A stretch of DNA of 37,759 nt from Elusimicrobiota bacterium (GTDB taxonomy: Bacteria; Elusimicrobiota; Elusimicrobia; UBA1565; UBA9628). The DNA is taken from contig JAYVZL010000081.1 in the NCBI GenBank assembly GCA_043783505.1, positions 1 through 37,759 of the forward strand, written 5' to 3'. The translations under genes and the position numbers were made by a program. Shown piece by piece: positions 20,338 to 29,197 of the stretch. Positions within the stretch are counted from its first letter, which is position 1. Each line of letters opens with the position of its first letter. Below the pieces are notes generated by a model. That model did no database searches. It had not been told where the DNA came from and was given only the letters and a program-made list of their open reading frames with translations.

Positions 20338-23246
20338 AATACCTCGCCTCTCTATGCCTAGCCGTGATCGTCGCCGCTCCCGCCGCGGCCAAATCCAAAG
20401 CGATTCCTTCGCTCGCGCCGTCCGTTCCGGCGGTACAAGAAAGCCCCCGACTCGACGACCCGATGGCCGTGAGCATCCATCGCCTGCCCAACGGCCTGAG
20501 CGTCTACCTCAGCCCCAACAAAGGCGAGCCCCGCGTCTCCGTCCGCGTCGCGGTGCGCGCCGGCTCCAAGAACGATCCGTCCGACAGCACGGGGATGGCG
20601 CACTACCTAGAGCACATGCTGTTTAAAGGCACGACGCGCCTCGGAACGCTCGACTATGAAAAAGAGCGCCCGCACCTGGAACGCATTCGCGAGCTTTACG
20701 AGGAGCTTTTCAAGACCAAGGACGAGGCGGCTCGCGCCAAGGTCTACAAAGAGATCGACGCCGTCAACGGCTTGGCCGCGAAGTCGGCCGTACCCAATGA
20801 GATCGACCGTTTCTATCGCGGCATCGGAGCCTCACGGGTCAACGCGCATACCTCCCATGAGGAAACGGTCTATCAGGTCAGCATCCCCGCCAATCGGCTC
20901 GAGGCCTGGGCCACGCTCGAAGCGGAGCGGTTCAAAAATCCCGTTTTCCGCCTTTTCCAAACCGAGCTTGAAACCGTCTACGAGGAGAAGAATCGCCGGG
21001 ACGACAACGCCGAGAGCGTTCTCAACGACGAGGTGGAACGGCGCCTTTTTAAGGTCCATCCATACGGGCAGGAGATCATCGGGAGCCTGGAGCATCTCAA
21101 GAACCCCTCGCTGTCGAAGATGTACGCCTTCTATGAGAACTGGTACTCGCCCAACAACATGGCCATCGCGCTATCCGGCGACTTCGACCGGGCCTCGACA
21201 CTCGCGCTGATCAAAAAGCATTTCGCCGCATGGACGCCGCGGCCGCTGCAGGCGCTGCCCGCATGGGAGCTGCCCAAACCAAAGGGCGCGGAGAAGCACG
21301 AGGTGAAATACGAGGCCGAGCAAAAGGTCGTCCTTGCCTGGCTGACCGCGTCGCGTTCCAACTCCGACGCTGACGCGCTCGAAGTAATGGACATGGTCGC
21401 CAACAACTCCGCGGCGGGCCTGCTGGACCTGCGCCTTAATCAGGCGCAGAAAGTGAAGGCCTCCGGATCGGGCCCCATATTCAAGAACGACGCCGGCTCC
21501 TGGAATGTCTGGGCAACGCCTAAGAAAGGACAATCTCTCGAGGAGGCGGAAGGCCTGCTCATGAGCGTCCTCGACTCCCTGAAGGCCGGTGATTTCACCG
21601 AGGACGACGTGGCCGCCGTGATCACGGATTTCGAGATCTCCGAAAAATCCAGGTTGGAGTCGAACGAGGCGCGGGCCGAGCTCATGGCCGAATCGTTCCT
21701 CGCGCTCGAGCCCTGGGAACGGGCCGTCGGCCGCCTGGACCGCATGCGCAAGATCAACAAGTCCGACGTCGTGCGCGTCGCCAAAAAATACTTGGGTTCC
21801 GATCGCGTCATCGTCTACCGCCGCGACGCCAAGACCGAGATCGCCAAGATATCCAAGCCCTCCTTCACGCCCGTGGCCATCGATCCTTCGCGCGAATCGG
21901 CCTTCCTCAAAGAGCTTCGCGCCATCCCGGCCGCGACTCTCGAGCCGCGCTGGCTCGTCGCCGGCCGCGACTATCAGATCACGCCCGTCGAAGGCGGTCG
22001 CCTCTACACGACCAAGAACCCCTACAACGACCTGTTCTCGCTCTCCTTCCAATTCGAGCGCGGCTCGCGCGCGGAGCGCGAGCTGTGCGCCGCGGTCGAC
22101 TTGCTTGAGCTGTCCGGCGCCGGTCCTTGGACCGCCGATGAATTCAAGAAAAAGCTCTACGCCTTGGGCACCACACTCTCCTACTCCTGCGGGGAGCAGG
22201 ACAGCTCGATCCAACTCGCCGGCCTCGACAGGAACCTCTGGGACTCGCTGCAGCTGGCGGCGCAGCGCTTCGACTGGCCCAATATCGAGTCCGGGACTCT
22301 CGCCAAGATGATCGACGTCACGCTCGGCGCGCGCGAAGATGAAAAGAAGAACCCCGGCGCCGTCCACTACGCCCTAGGTCAAGCCGCCATGCGCGGACGC
22401 GACAGCGAGGTGCTCAAGCGCCTGTCCAACGCCGAACTCAAGGCCCTCGAGGAGACGCGCCTCAAAGGCCTCATCCGCGACTTCCCGCTGCACCCGTGGC
22501 GCGCGGCCTACGTGGGCAACCGCTCCCCCTCGGAGATCGCCAAGCTCCTCGAGAGCGGCCGCCGCCTGCGTGCCGTGCCGCCGCGCGTGCCCCTCAAATT
22601 CCTGCGCCCAACCGGCGGCACGCGCGTGCTCTTCACCCAGCGCGACATGCTCCAGGCACAGGTCGGGCTGTTCGCCGCCGATGAGACCTATGACCCGGGT
22701 CGAGTCGTCGACTACCAATACTACTCCCAGTACATGGGCGGAAGCTTGAGCGGTGTGATCTTCCAAGAAGTGCGCGAGTCACGGGCCTTGGCCTACACAG
22801 CCGCCGGCGGGCACACGACGACGGCCGAAAAAGGCGACGACACTCAGATCTGGGGTCAACTCGGCTGTCAGGCCGACAAGACGCCCGAGGCAGTCAAACT
22901 GATGCTGTCCCTGCTCGCCGATTTCCCTTCGTCGGAAAAGCGTTTTCGCGAAGCCGCCAAATCCATCGAGGAGTCCTACCGCTCAAACCCCGTGCCTTTC
23001 CGCTCGATCCCAGCGACCGTGATCAGCTGGGAAGACCAAGGCATCGATGGCGGCGATCCGAGGCCGAAGCGTTTCGAGCAAGCACTCAAATATTCCCTCC
23101 CGAAGTTGGAATCTCTGGCCCAGAGCTTCAAAGCCAAGCCCATGACCGTTTGGATACTCGGCCATCGCGATCGGGTGGGGCTCGACTCTCTCAAGACCCT
23201 GGGCGAGTTCGAGGAAAAATCCCTCGACTCTCTGTTCCCCTACTGA
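20334..23246 (+). CDS. Secreted M16 (insulinase/pitrilysin) zinc peptidase
   Basis: Signal peptide MKYLASLCLAVIVAAPAAA; LPNGL, GMAHYLEHMLFKGT (HxxEH), VNAHTS, VYEEK, EVRESRALAY. ATGA overlap with the upstream gene. Confidence 0.92.
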   Translation: MKYLASLCLAVIVAAPAAAKSKAIPSLAPSVPAVQESPRLDDPMAVSIHRLPNGLSVYLSPNKGEPRVSVRVAVRAGSKNDPSDSTGMAHYLEHMLFKGTTRLGTLDYEKERPHLERIRELYEELFKTKDEAARAKVYKEIDAVNGLAAKSAVPNEIDRFYRGIGASRVNAHTSHEETVYQVSIPANRLEAWATLEAERFKNPVFRLFQTELETVYEEKNRRDDNAESVLNDEVERRLFKVHPYGQEIIGSLEHLKNPSLSKMYAFYENWYSPNNMAIALSGDFDRASTLALIKKHFAAWTPRPLQALPAWELPKPKGAEKHEVKYEAEQKVVLAWLTASRSNSDADALEVMDMVANNSAAGLLDLRLNQAQKVKASGSGPIFKNDAGSWNVWATPKKGQSLEEAEGLLMSVLDSLKAGDFTEDDVAAVITDFEISEKSRLESNEARAELMAESFLALEPWERAVGRLDRMRKINKSDVVRVAKKYLGSDRVIVYRRDAKTEIAKISKPSFTPVAIDPSRESAFLKELRAIPAATLEPRWLVAGRDYQITPVEGGRLYTTKNPYNDLFSLSFQFERGSRAERELCAAVDLLELSGAGPWTADEFKKKLYALGTTLSYSCGEQDSSIQLAGLDRNLWDSLQLAAQRFDWPNIESGTLAKMIDVTLGAREDEKKNPGAVHYALGQAAMRGRDSEVLKRLSNAELKALEETRLKGLIRDFPLHPWRAAYVGNRSPSEIAKLLESGRRLRAVPPRVPLKFLRPTGGTRVLFTQRDMLQAQVGLFAADETYDPGRVVDYQYYSQYMGGSLSGVIFQEVRESRALAYTAAGGHTTTAEKGDDTQIWGQLGCQADKTPEAVKLMLSLLADFPSSEKRFREAAKSIEESYRSNPVPFRSIPATVISWEDQGIDGGDPRPKRFEQALKYSLPKLESLAQSFKAKPMTVWILGHRDRVGLDSLKTLGEFEEKSLDSLFPY

Positions 23247-23935
23247 GCTTCGTCTTCTTTCACGGCGGCTTCTAGATCCTTGCTGAGGGGATCCAGCTCG
23301 TTTTTGAGCTTGGCGCGATCTTCCGCCGGCAACGGAGAGGCGTCCAGCTGCTTTTGGATGTCCGCCAGCTTGGCGCCGGCGTCGCCGGCCAGCTTGCCGA
23401 CCGGGGCGTTCGCCTTCGCCCCGCGGGCCTTGAAATTGGACACGGAACCGTTGGCGCGACTCATCAATTCGGATCGATTCGTCACGCCGTAATGGACGGT
23501 GGACGCCAGGGCTCCGTCGCGGACTTCAGCCCTCGCCGCGCCTCGCGCTTTTTTGACGCCGGCCGCGGCGGTCTTCTCCTCGATGACCTTGTCCTTGAAC
23601 CGAAGCTCGGCTGAAGAGCCGCCGCTAGTCGCGTCTAGATGCTCGCTCACCTCGAGCTTGGGCGCGAACGCGAGCGAAGAAGCCGGGGCAGCCGTCGACG
23701 GCGACGGCGACGACGGAATGATCGAACCCGCCCGAGACGCATCCGAGGATATCTCGTTTTCCGCGCTCATTCTCGAGGCGAAAGGCTTGGCGGGAATTTC
23801 GCCTTGTTCCGCGGGAGTGGCGGGAGAGGCGCCAAAGGCCGGTGACGCCGAAGGCAAAAAATATTTCGTCATGGCCGCCCCGCCGATGGCCGAGACCACC
23901 ACGAAACTCAACAAACCGATGATCAACGCTTTCAT
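23240..23935 (-). CDS. Hypothetical protein with N-terminal membrane anchor and Ser/Pro/Ala-rich linker
   Basis: ORF from ATG 23935 (GGGGG SD-like run upstream); hydrophobic MKALIIGLLSFVVVSAIGGAA; candidate promoter TTGAAT-N16-TATACT at 23985-23958. Confidence 0.7.
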   Translation of the reverse strand: MKALIIGLLSFVVVSAIGGAAMTKYFLPSASPAFGASPATPAEQGEIPAKPFASRMSAENEISSDASRAGSIIPSSPSPSTAAPASSLAFAPKLEVSEHLDATSGGSSAELRFKDKVIEEKTAAAGVKKARGAARAEVRDGALASTVHYGVTNRSELMSRANGSVSNFKARGAKANAPVGKLAGDAGAKLADIQKQLDASPLPAEDRAKLKNELDPLSKDLEAAVKEDEAQ

Positions 23936-24029
23936 GACATCCCCCGACGACTCCACCAGTATATCCGCGGCCCACTCAAATTCAAGGAAAAGGGCCTATT
24001 TTTACTGAAATTTTACTTTGGGCGCGGCT

Positions 24030-25085
24030 TTATAACGCTCGAGCCGCGGGAGTGGACAGCTCCGCGGCGAGCTTGGCGAGAACGTCGTCGTTTGGAAAGC
24101 GCGCGACGCCCGCGGCGGCGCGCTTAACGGCCTCTATGTTCCGGCCCAGCGCCATAAGGGCGCGGATGCCGTTGATATGAAAAGATCGCTCCTCGGGATA
24201 CTTTTCCAGGGCCCGGCCGCACAGCTGGGCGCATTCGCTCATACGCCCGCTGCGTCCATACACCGCGGACAAGCCAAGCCACGCGTACGCCTCATGGCCC
24301 CGGTGCTCGATCCACTCGCACAGGGCCTCGGCCTCGCCGTACATCTCAAAGCCCATCAGCGCGGTGAACACGTCCTCGAGGTACTGGTCGCCCGAGCCTC
24401 CGAGCGTCTGGAGGTGGCGCAGAATCTGCAAAAAGTGGCGGCAGGGCACCCAGGCGTGCTTCTCTCCCAGGGGCAGGCGCACCAGGCGTCTTAAATCCTC
24501 GGGGGTGAAGCGGCCGGCGTCAGGCATCACGAGAAGTATGGGCTTATCTTCGCCGGGCCAAGGCTTGAGGCGGCCGAAGGAGAGTCTCGCGCCGGCCGGG
24601 ATCACCAGCTTCTCCAGCGGCAGCTCGTGGCGTCTGGGCCCCTCATCGATGACGCGGCCCTCGGACAGGGCGCGCACGTCGTCCCACGGCACCGACACGA
24701 ACATTCCGGGGTCGAGGTAGAGCCTGATGCCGGCGAAGCGCTGCACGGCGCGCAGCAGGGTGAAGACTTGGCCGGGGGTATGGCCCATCCAGAGAAACTC
24801 CTTGCCTTTCGGGGTCTTCAGGCGTCTCGCGGAGACGAAGTCGCGGACGCGGTCGCGCGCGGGAAACACCGGCACCCACACGCCGCCCAGCTCGGGGTCC
24901 TTGTCCGCCCAAACCGGAAACGAGGACTCGGGCTTGGTCACGCGCTTGACCTCTCCTTCTTCAAGCGGGGTATCGACGGTCAAAAGGTAGGTTTCAGAGC
25001 GCATCAGCTCCTTAAACAATGCCGTGCGCGGAAGACGTGGATCCCGCGCCGACCGTCGGATTAGGTGCTCGAGATTCTCAACCAT
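24030..25085 (-). CDS. Hypothetical protein: SseB-like N-terminal domain and C-terminal TPR repeats
   Basis: LFKELMRSETYLL...WVPVFP resembles SseB-family N-domains; AYAWLGLSAVYGRSG..ALEKYPEE..ALMALGRNIEA has a TPR pattern; candidate promoter TTGACG-N17-TAAAGT at 25123-25095. Confidence 0.65.
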   Translation of the reverse strand: MVENLEHLIRRSARDPRLPRTALFKELMRSETYLLTVDTPLEEGEVKRVTKPESSFPVWADKDPELGGVWVPVFPARDRVRDFVSARRLKTPKGKEFLWMGHTPGQVFTLLRAVQRFAGIRLYLDPGMFVSVPWDDVRALSEGRVIDEGPRRHELPLEKLVIPAGARLSFGRLKPWPGEDKPILLVMPDAGRFTPEDLRRLVRLPLGEKHAWVPCRHFLQILRHLQTLGGSGDQYLEDVFTALMGFEMYGEAEALCEWIEHRGHEAYAWLGLSAVYGRSGRMSECAQLCGRALEKYPEERSFHINGIRALMALGRNIEAVKRAAAGVARFPNDDVLAKLAAELSTPAARAL

Positions 25086-25273
25086 ATTACCCTCACTTTA
25101 ACCCCGCAACCGGGGGGCGTCAAGACCCATTTCAACGAACGCAACAAAAGGCCCACATATTTCTAGGTCTAATGAGCGGCTCCCGTTTCCCCGATGGACC
25201 CATACGGTTTCTCCCGCTTCTCGATAGAATAGACGCTCGCACTTCGCGCTCAAATCACGGAGGAATACCCCCG

Positions 25274-28156
25274 ATGTTCAAGACGTCACTCGCCTCTCTC
25301 ATCTCGATCTCGCTTTTCGCGGCCGGCCCCGTCACCGCCGCCGCTCAGACCGTGTCGCGCGCCGCCGTCGGCGGCGTCAACGTTACGCCGATGATCGGCA
25401 ACAGCCTTCACAGCGGCGTCCAGGCGGCCCCCCTCCTCAATATGCCGGCCCTCTCGCCGAACAGCGCGATGATCATGGCTCCCGCCCTCGCCCCGACCGC
25501 GCTCCCGGCCACGCTCACGCCGACCGTAAAAGCCATGGCCGCCGCGCCTGTTTCGGCTTCTCCGTTGGCCGCGATCCAGTCCGATAAGGTCGCCGATAAG
25601 GCTCCCGCGCTCAATGCGTTATTCGATAGCTCCTCTCAAAAAGATGCTGAACTTGGGTCACAAGATGTAGACAATTCGAAGGTTTTGCCTATCGAGGTTG
25701 CATTCGATCCGGCAAATGCTCCTAAAGGCCATGTCGATGAATTCGAAAGCGCAATGATTGACAATCGAGAGAAGCTGCTCTCATTTTTGAAGACTAATTA
25801 TTCCATCACGGATGAAGATATCGCCTCGAAGTCGGTTCAACTTCGTATCCTCAACGCCACGACCGTGTTTAATCGGGTGGGCCATAAGACCGAGGCGCAT
25901 GAACAGTATGTCCTCCAACTGGAAAGGAAAGATGCGGAAGGGCATATGCGGCCAATAAATCCATCGTTTGCGGGTCAAGTTTGGTGGGTATGGGACCAAC
26001 AACGAGTGGTGAGGCTTGGTCTCGGGCTCGCAATACCTACCCCGACCGCCGTGAAATTTACAGGCGCGGCCGCAGTCGCCAATCCTATCCTTTTCTCGAT
26101 TGGGCTCGGTTCAAACGCTCAAATTAAAGACGCTTTCGAAGAGCAGCATTTCACAGGGGAAATCTTTAAAGTCGATCCCAAAAGCCAGATAAAGAGTTCC
26201 GAGTTGCCGGCTGTTAGCGATGCCGCTCTATTCCTTAAGAAGGGCGCCGGCTTCTACCAAGACACTTACCGCATTTCGTTGCTCAATCAGGATATCTACG
26301 TCGTGACGTGGAGTTGGCGGGCCGGGCGCACGATAGGGCTTTTCTCATTGGATGGGAAAACCATCGCAACGTTCGATAAGTGGAACTGGACGGTCGCGTC
26401 AGACACCCTCTTTAGCGGCTCTGCCGATTTCACTGCGAGTGCCGTCCAAAAGATCGACTCAAACAAGCCGGGCAATATCGATGCCTTCACGAAATCGGAA
26501 GACGGGGGTCTGAGCAACGAGAACAACCCCACTAGCCCCAACATCAAGCTCTTCGTGTATCAAACCCTCCTCAAAGTCGGCTTGTCGCGTCCCGTCACGG
26601 ACGTTCGCGAGCTCGTCAAGCCCGGCGCGGAGGCCGACCTCTTAAATCGCGGCTTCCACAGGGAACCCGACTCCAAGGGCATCAGGCTATACCTCCTCGG
26701 GCTAGAATCCCTTGGGAACAACGGCCAGCGCGTCGCCTATTTCAAGAACGGCACCGTCGACTTGGCCTCCGTCATCCAGCCGGGAGCTGTCGATACCTTC
26801 AGCATTCAGACCATCAAACTTGACAAAGCGGGCGTCATTTCAAACAAGACGGAATTTTTCGGCAACTCCGCGCCCGGCGCGACCGCGTCCGCCAAGAACA
26901 TTGTTGAGACCCTTGCGCTTCAGGCCGGCCCAAGCTCCCCCATTCAGCACTTTATTCTGCACTACCGCGGCATTCGGATGCTGACTTCCGAGGAACTTGA
27001 GCAGGTGAAGAAGAATATCCAAGCGACCGGAGCGCGCATCTCCGAGGAAAGCGCTTCCCTGCTGATGGTCGCCGGAAACGCCAAAAAATTGAAGGCTCTC
27101 GTCGCCTCCATGCCGGGCTGGACCTTGGCTCCGGAAGCCGCCTCTGCCAATCTTTTGTCCCCCGCCGTGCAGACCAAGAAGCCTGGCAACACCGGCATCG
27201 CGGGCGGCGTCATTTTTCAGGCGGTCTCTGAATTTAAAAATAAAAATTCCGCCCGCATCCTCGCCATCAAAGGCGTCTCCGGTGTGAGCGTCGCAATCGC
27301 CAAAGGTCCGATCAGCTCTCACGTCCTGCTCATAGACCTCGACAGCACCGTGCCGCAAGCGACGGTGGACGCCGCCATCAAGAAGCTTCCCGGATATGAC
27401 GGAAATTTAATCCATATCAAATACGAGATGATGGGCCCGATCGCGGCTCAAAACACTTCGGAAGCTCCGCCCGCTAAAGAGCGGCCGACTAAAACAGGCC
27501 CCGGCGGTCAAAATGTCATCTCGGGCTCGGAACTCGATTCTTTGTTCAGCCGCTGGAAGCCCAACCTCGCGATAACTAAGGAGAAAGGTCCGATCGCCGT
27601 CAAAGGCCCGGTTCTACCCAGTCAAACCGTTCCGGTCATCGAGCGCGAGCCCCTGCCCAAGTCCAGCGTCCTGCGCCAAAAGACAGAGGAGCTTGACGCC
27701 CAATGGGGAGATGACAACATCATGAACGGCTCGGTTGGCACATTGTCCGGACGATTCAAGGGCGTGCCCTCCAGCATCCAGATCAGCGTCGCCGCGAAAG
27801 TCATCCTCATGCAGACTTTCGAGGAATATGAAAGCCGCAAGCTTGAAAACTCCGTCGCCGCCTCGCCCATTCCGCTCAAGGATGCCATCGAGAAGGCGGT
27901 GATCAACCTCGCGGACGGTTTCAATTTAGACAAGAGCAACCCCGAGAATCTTGATGGCCTGCGCGAGCAGATCTCGCCCCTGACCTCTCTCCTGGGCAAA
28001 ACAGGCAGGGTCGTCGCCGTCTCGGCGAAATCGACTGCGATGGACGAAAACTCAGATCCCGCGGTTAAGGTGAACGTCGGTCTCGTCCTATTCGTCAATC
28101 AAAAGACGGGCGAATACGTCGCGTTCTACGCCCGCCAAGCCGGCGAATCACTCTAA
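25274..28156 (+). CDS. Large secreted modular hypothetical protein (960 aa)
   Basis: Start reassigned to ATG 25274 (GGAGG upstream); signal peptide ..VTAAA|QTV; Pro/Ala leader ending NALFDSS; several unrelated modules follow. Confidence 0.8.
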   Translation: MFKTSLASLISISLFAAGPVTAAAQTVSRAAVGGVNVTPMIGNSLHSGVQAAPLLNMPALSPNSAMIMAPALAPTALPATLTPTVKAMAAAPVSASPLAAIQSDKVADKAPALNALFDSSSQKDAELGSQDVDNSKVLPIEVAFDPANAPKGHVDEFESAMIDNREKLLSFLKTNYSITDEDIASKSVQLRILNATTVFNRVGHKTEAHEQYVLQLERKDAEGHMRPINPSFAGQVWWVWDQQRVVRLGLGLAIPTPTAVKFTGAAAVANPILFSIGLGSNAQIKDAFEEQHFTGEIFKVDPKSQIKSSELPAVSDAALFLKKGAGFYQDTYRISLLNQDIYVVTWSWRAGRTIGLFSLDGKTIATFDKWNWTVASDTLFSGSADFTASAVQKIDSNKPGNIDAFTKSEDGGLSNENNPTSPNIKLFVYQTLLKVGLSRPVTDVRELVKPGAEADLLNRGFHREPDSKGIRLYLLGLESLGNNGQRVAYFKNGTVDLASVIQPGAVDTFSIQTIKLDKAGVISNKTEFFGNSAPGATASAKNIVETLALQAGPSSPIQHFILHYRGIRMLTSEELEQVKKNIQATGARISEESASLLMVAGNAKKLKALVASMPGWTLAPEAASANLLSPAVQTKKPGNTGIAGGVIFQAVSEFKNKNSARILAIKGVSGVSVAIAKGPISSHVLLIDLDSTVPQATVDAAIKKLPGYDGNLIHIKYEMMGPIAAQNTSEAPPAKERPTKTGPGGQNVISGSELDSLFSRWKPNLAITKEKGPIAVKGPVLPSQTVPVIEREPLPKSSVLRQKTEELDAQWGDDNIMNGSVGTLSGRFKGVPSSIQISVAAKVILMQTFEEYESRKLENSVAASPIPLKDAIEKAVINLADGFNLDKSNPENLDGLREQISPLTSLLGKTGRVVAVSAKSTAMDENSDPAVKVNVGLVLFVNQKTGEYVAFYARQAGESL
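25467..25503 (+). repeat. 37-bp exact direct repeat, copy 1 (copy 2 at 28390-28426)
   Basis: CGATGATCATGGCTCCCGCCCTCGCCCCGACCGCGCT in both paralogous leaders (encodes MIMAPALAPTAL). Confidence 0.9.
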
Positions 28157-28196
28157 TCGTTAGTCGACATCCGTTCAATTGATGAGGAACATCCGA

Positions 28197-29162
28197 ATGT
28201 TTAAGAATTCTTGCACTTCGATCATTTCAGCCGCCATTCTCGCCGCCGCCCCCCTCACCGGCGCCGCCCAAACCGTCTTGCGCGGCGCCGTTATGGGGAT
28301 CAACACGACCCCGATGGTCGTCACCGGACTTCAGAGCCCCGTCCAGGCAACTTCTCTTTTTAACATGCCCGCTTTGTCGCCGAGTGTCCCGATGATCATG
28401 GCTCCCGCCCTCGCCCCGACCGCGCTTCCGGTCGCGCTGACGCCGGCTGCGAAAATCACGGCCGTCGCGGCCGTCGCAAATTCGCCGCTGTCCGCGATCC
28501 AGTCCCTGACTGTCGCCAATAAGACTCCCAACACTCTATTCGACAGTGCCTCTCAGAAAGAGGAGCTACCCGCAGTCGATCAGAATGATCTCAACAACGA
28601 AGTCGATCACCACAGCTCTTTCATCAAGCTCTACATGTACCAGAACCTTCTAAAAGCCGGGCTGAACCCCATCACGGACGCCCGCGAACTCATGAAGCCC
28701 GGCGCGGAGACCCTGCTCCTCAACCACGGTTTCAAACGGCAAGCCGACGTCGAAGGGACCAAGATCTACCTCCTGCGTACCGACATGAACAACGCTCAGA
28801 GCGTCTCCTTCTACAAGAACGGCTCCGCCAGCCTCACTTCCGTCTCGAAGCCCGGTTCTCAATTGTTCACTGAGACGATCAGCATCGACGACGAGGGGTA
28901 CATCTTCAACGACACGGGATTTTTTGGCAGCAGCACGGATGAGATAAAACGGTTCATCGCCACAAACCGCGCCGCTATCATGCGCATCCCAGGAGTCAAA
29001 GGGGTCGGCATCGACATTAAGAGACAGAACGGGGCAGGCGTACTCATCATCATAGACGACTTTACTACAACAGAAAAAATGAGAGCTCAGCTGCATGAAA
29101 CAGCTCCTGAACTAAAACGCTTTCCGATCAAATTCGTGAGAGTCGGCCCAAGCGTCGATTAG
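28197..29162 (+). CDS. Secreted hypothetical protein, short paralog of 25274..28156
   Basis: Signal peptide ..LTGAA|QTV; homologous leader ending NTLFDSAS; two modules align with internal modules of the upstream gene. Confidence 0.8.
   Translation: MFKNSCTSIISAAILAAAPLTGAAQTVLRGAVMGINTTPMVVTGLQSPVQATSLFNMPALSPSVPMIMAPALAPTALPVALTPAAKITAVAAVANSPLSAIQSLTVANKTPNTLFDSASQKEELPAVDQNDLNNEVDHHSSFIKLYMYQNLLKAGLNPITDARELMKPGAETLLLNHGFKRQADVEGTKIYLLRTDMNNAQSVSFYKNGSASLTSVSKPGSQLFTETISIDDEGYIFNDTGFFGSSTDEIKRFIATNRAAIMRIPGVKGVGIDIKRQNGAGVLIIIDDFTTTEKMRAQLHETAPELKRFPIKFVRVGPSVD
28390..28426 (+). repeat. 37-bp exact direct repeat, copy 2
   Basis: Identical to 25467-25503. Confidence 0.9.
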
Positions 29163-29197
29163 ACGATCACGCGCAGACTACAGTGTCGCAAGACGTC

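Noticed and set aside
25467-28426. 37-bp exact repeat as a CRISPR repeat or att site
   Set aside because: Only two copies, 2.9 kb apart, both in frame within paralogous leader-coding sequence; no spacers, cas genes or recombinase.
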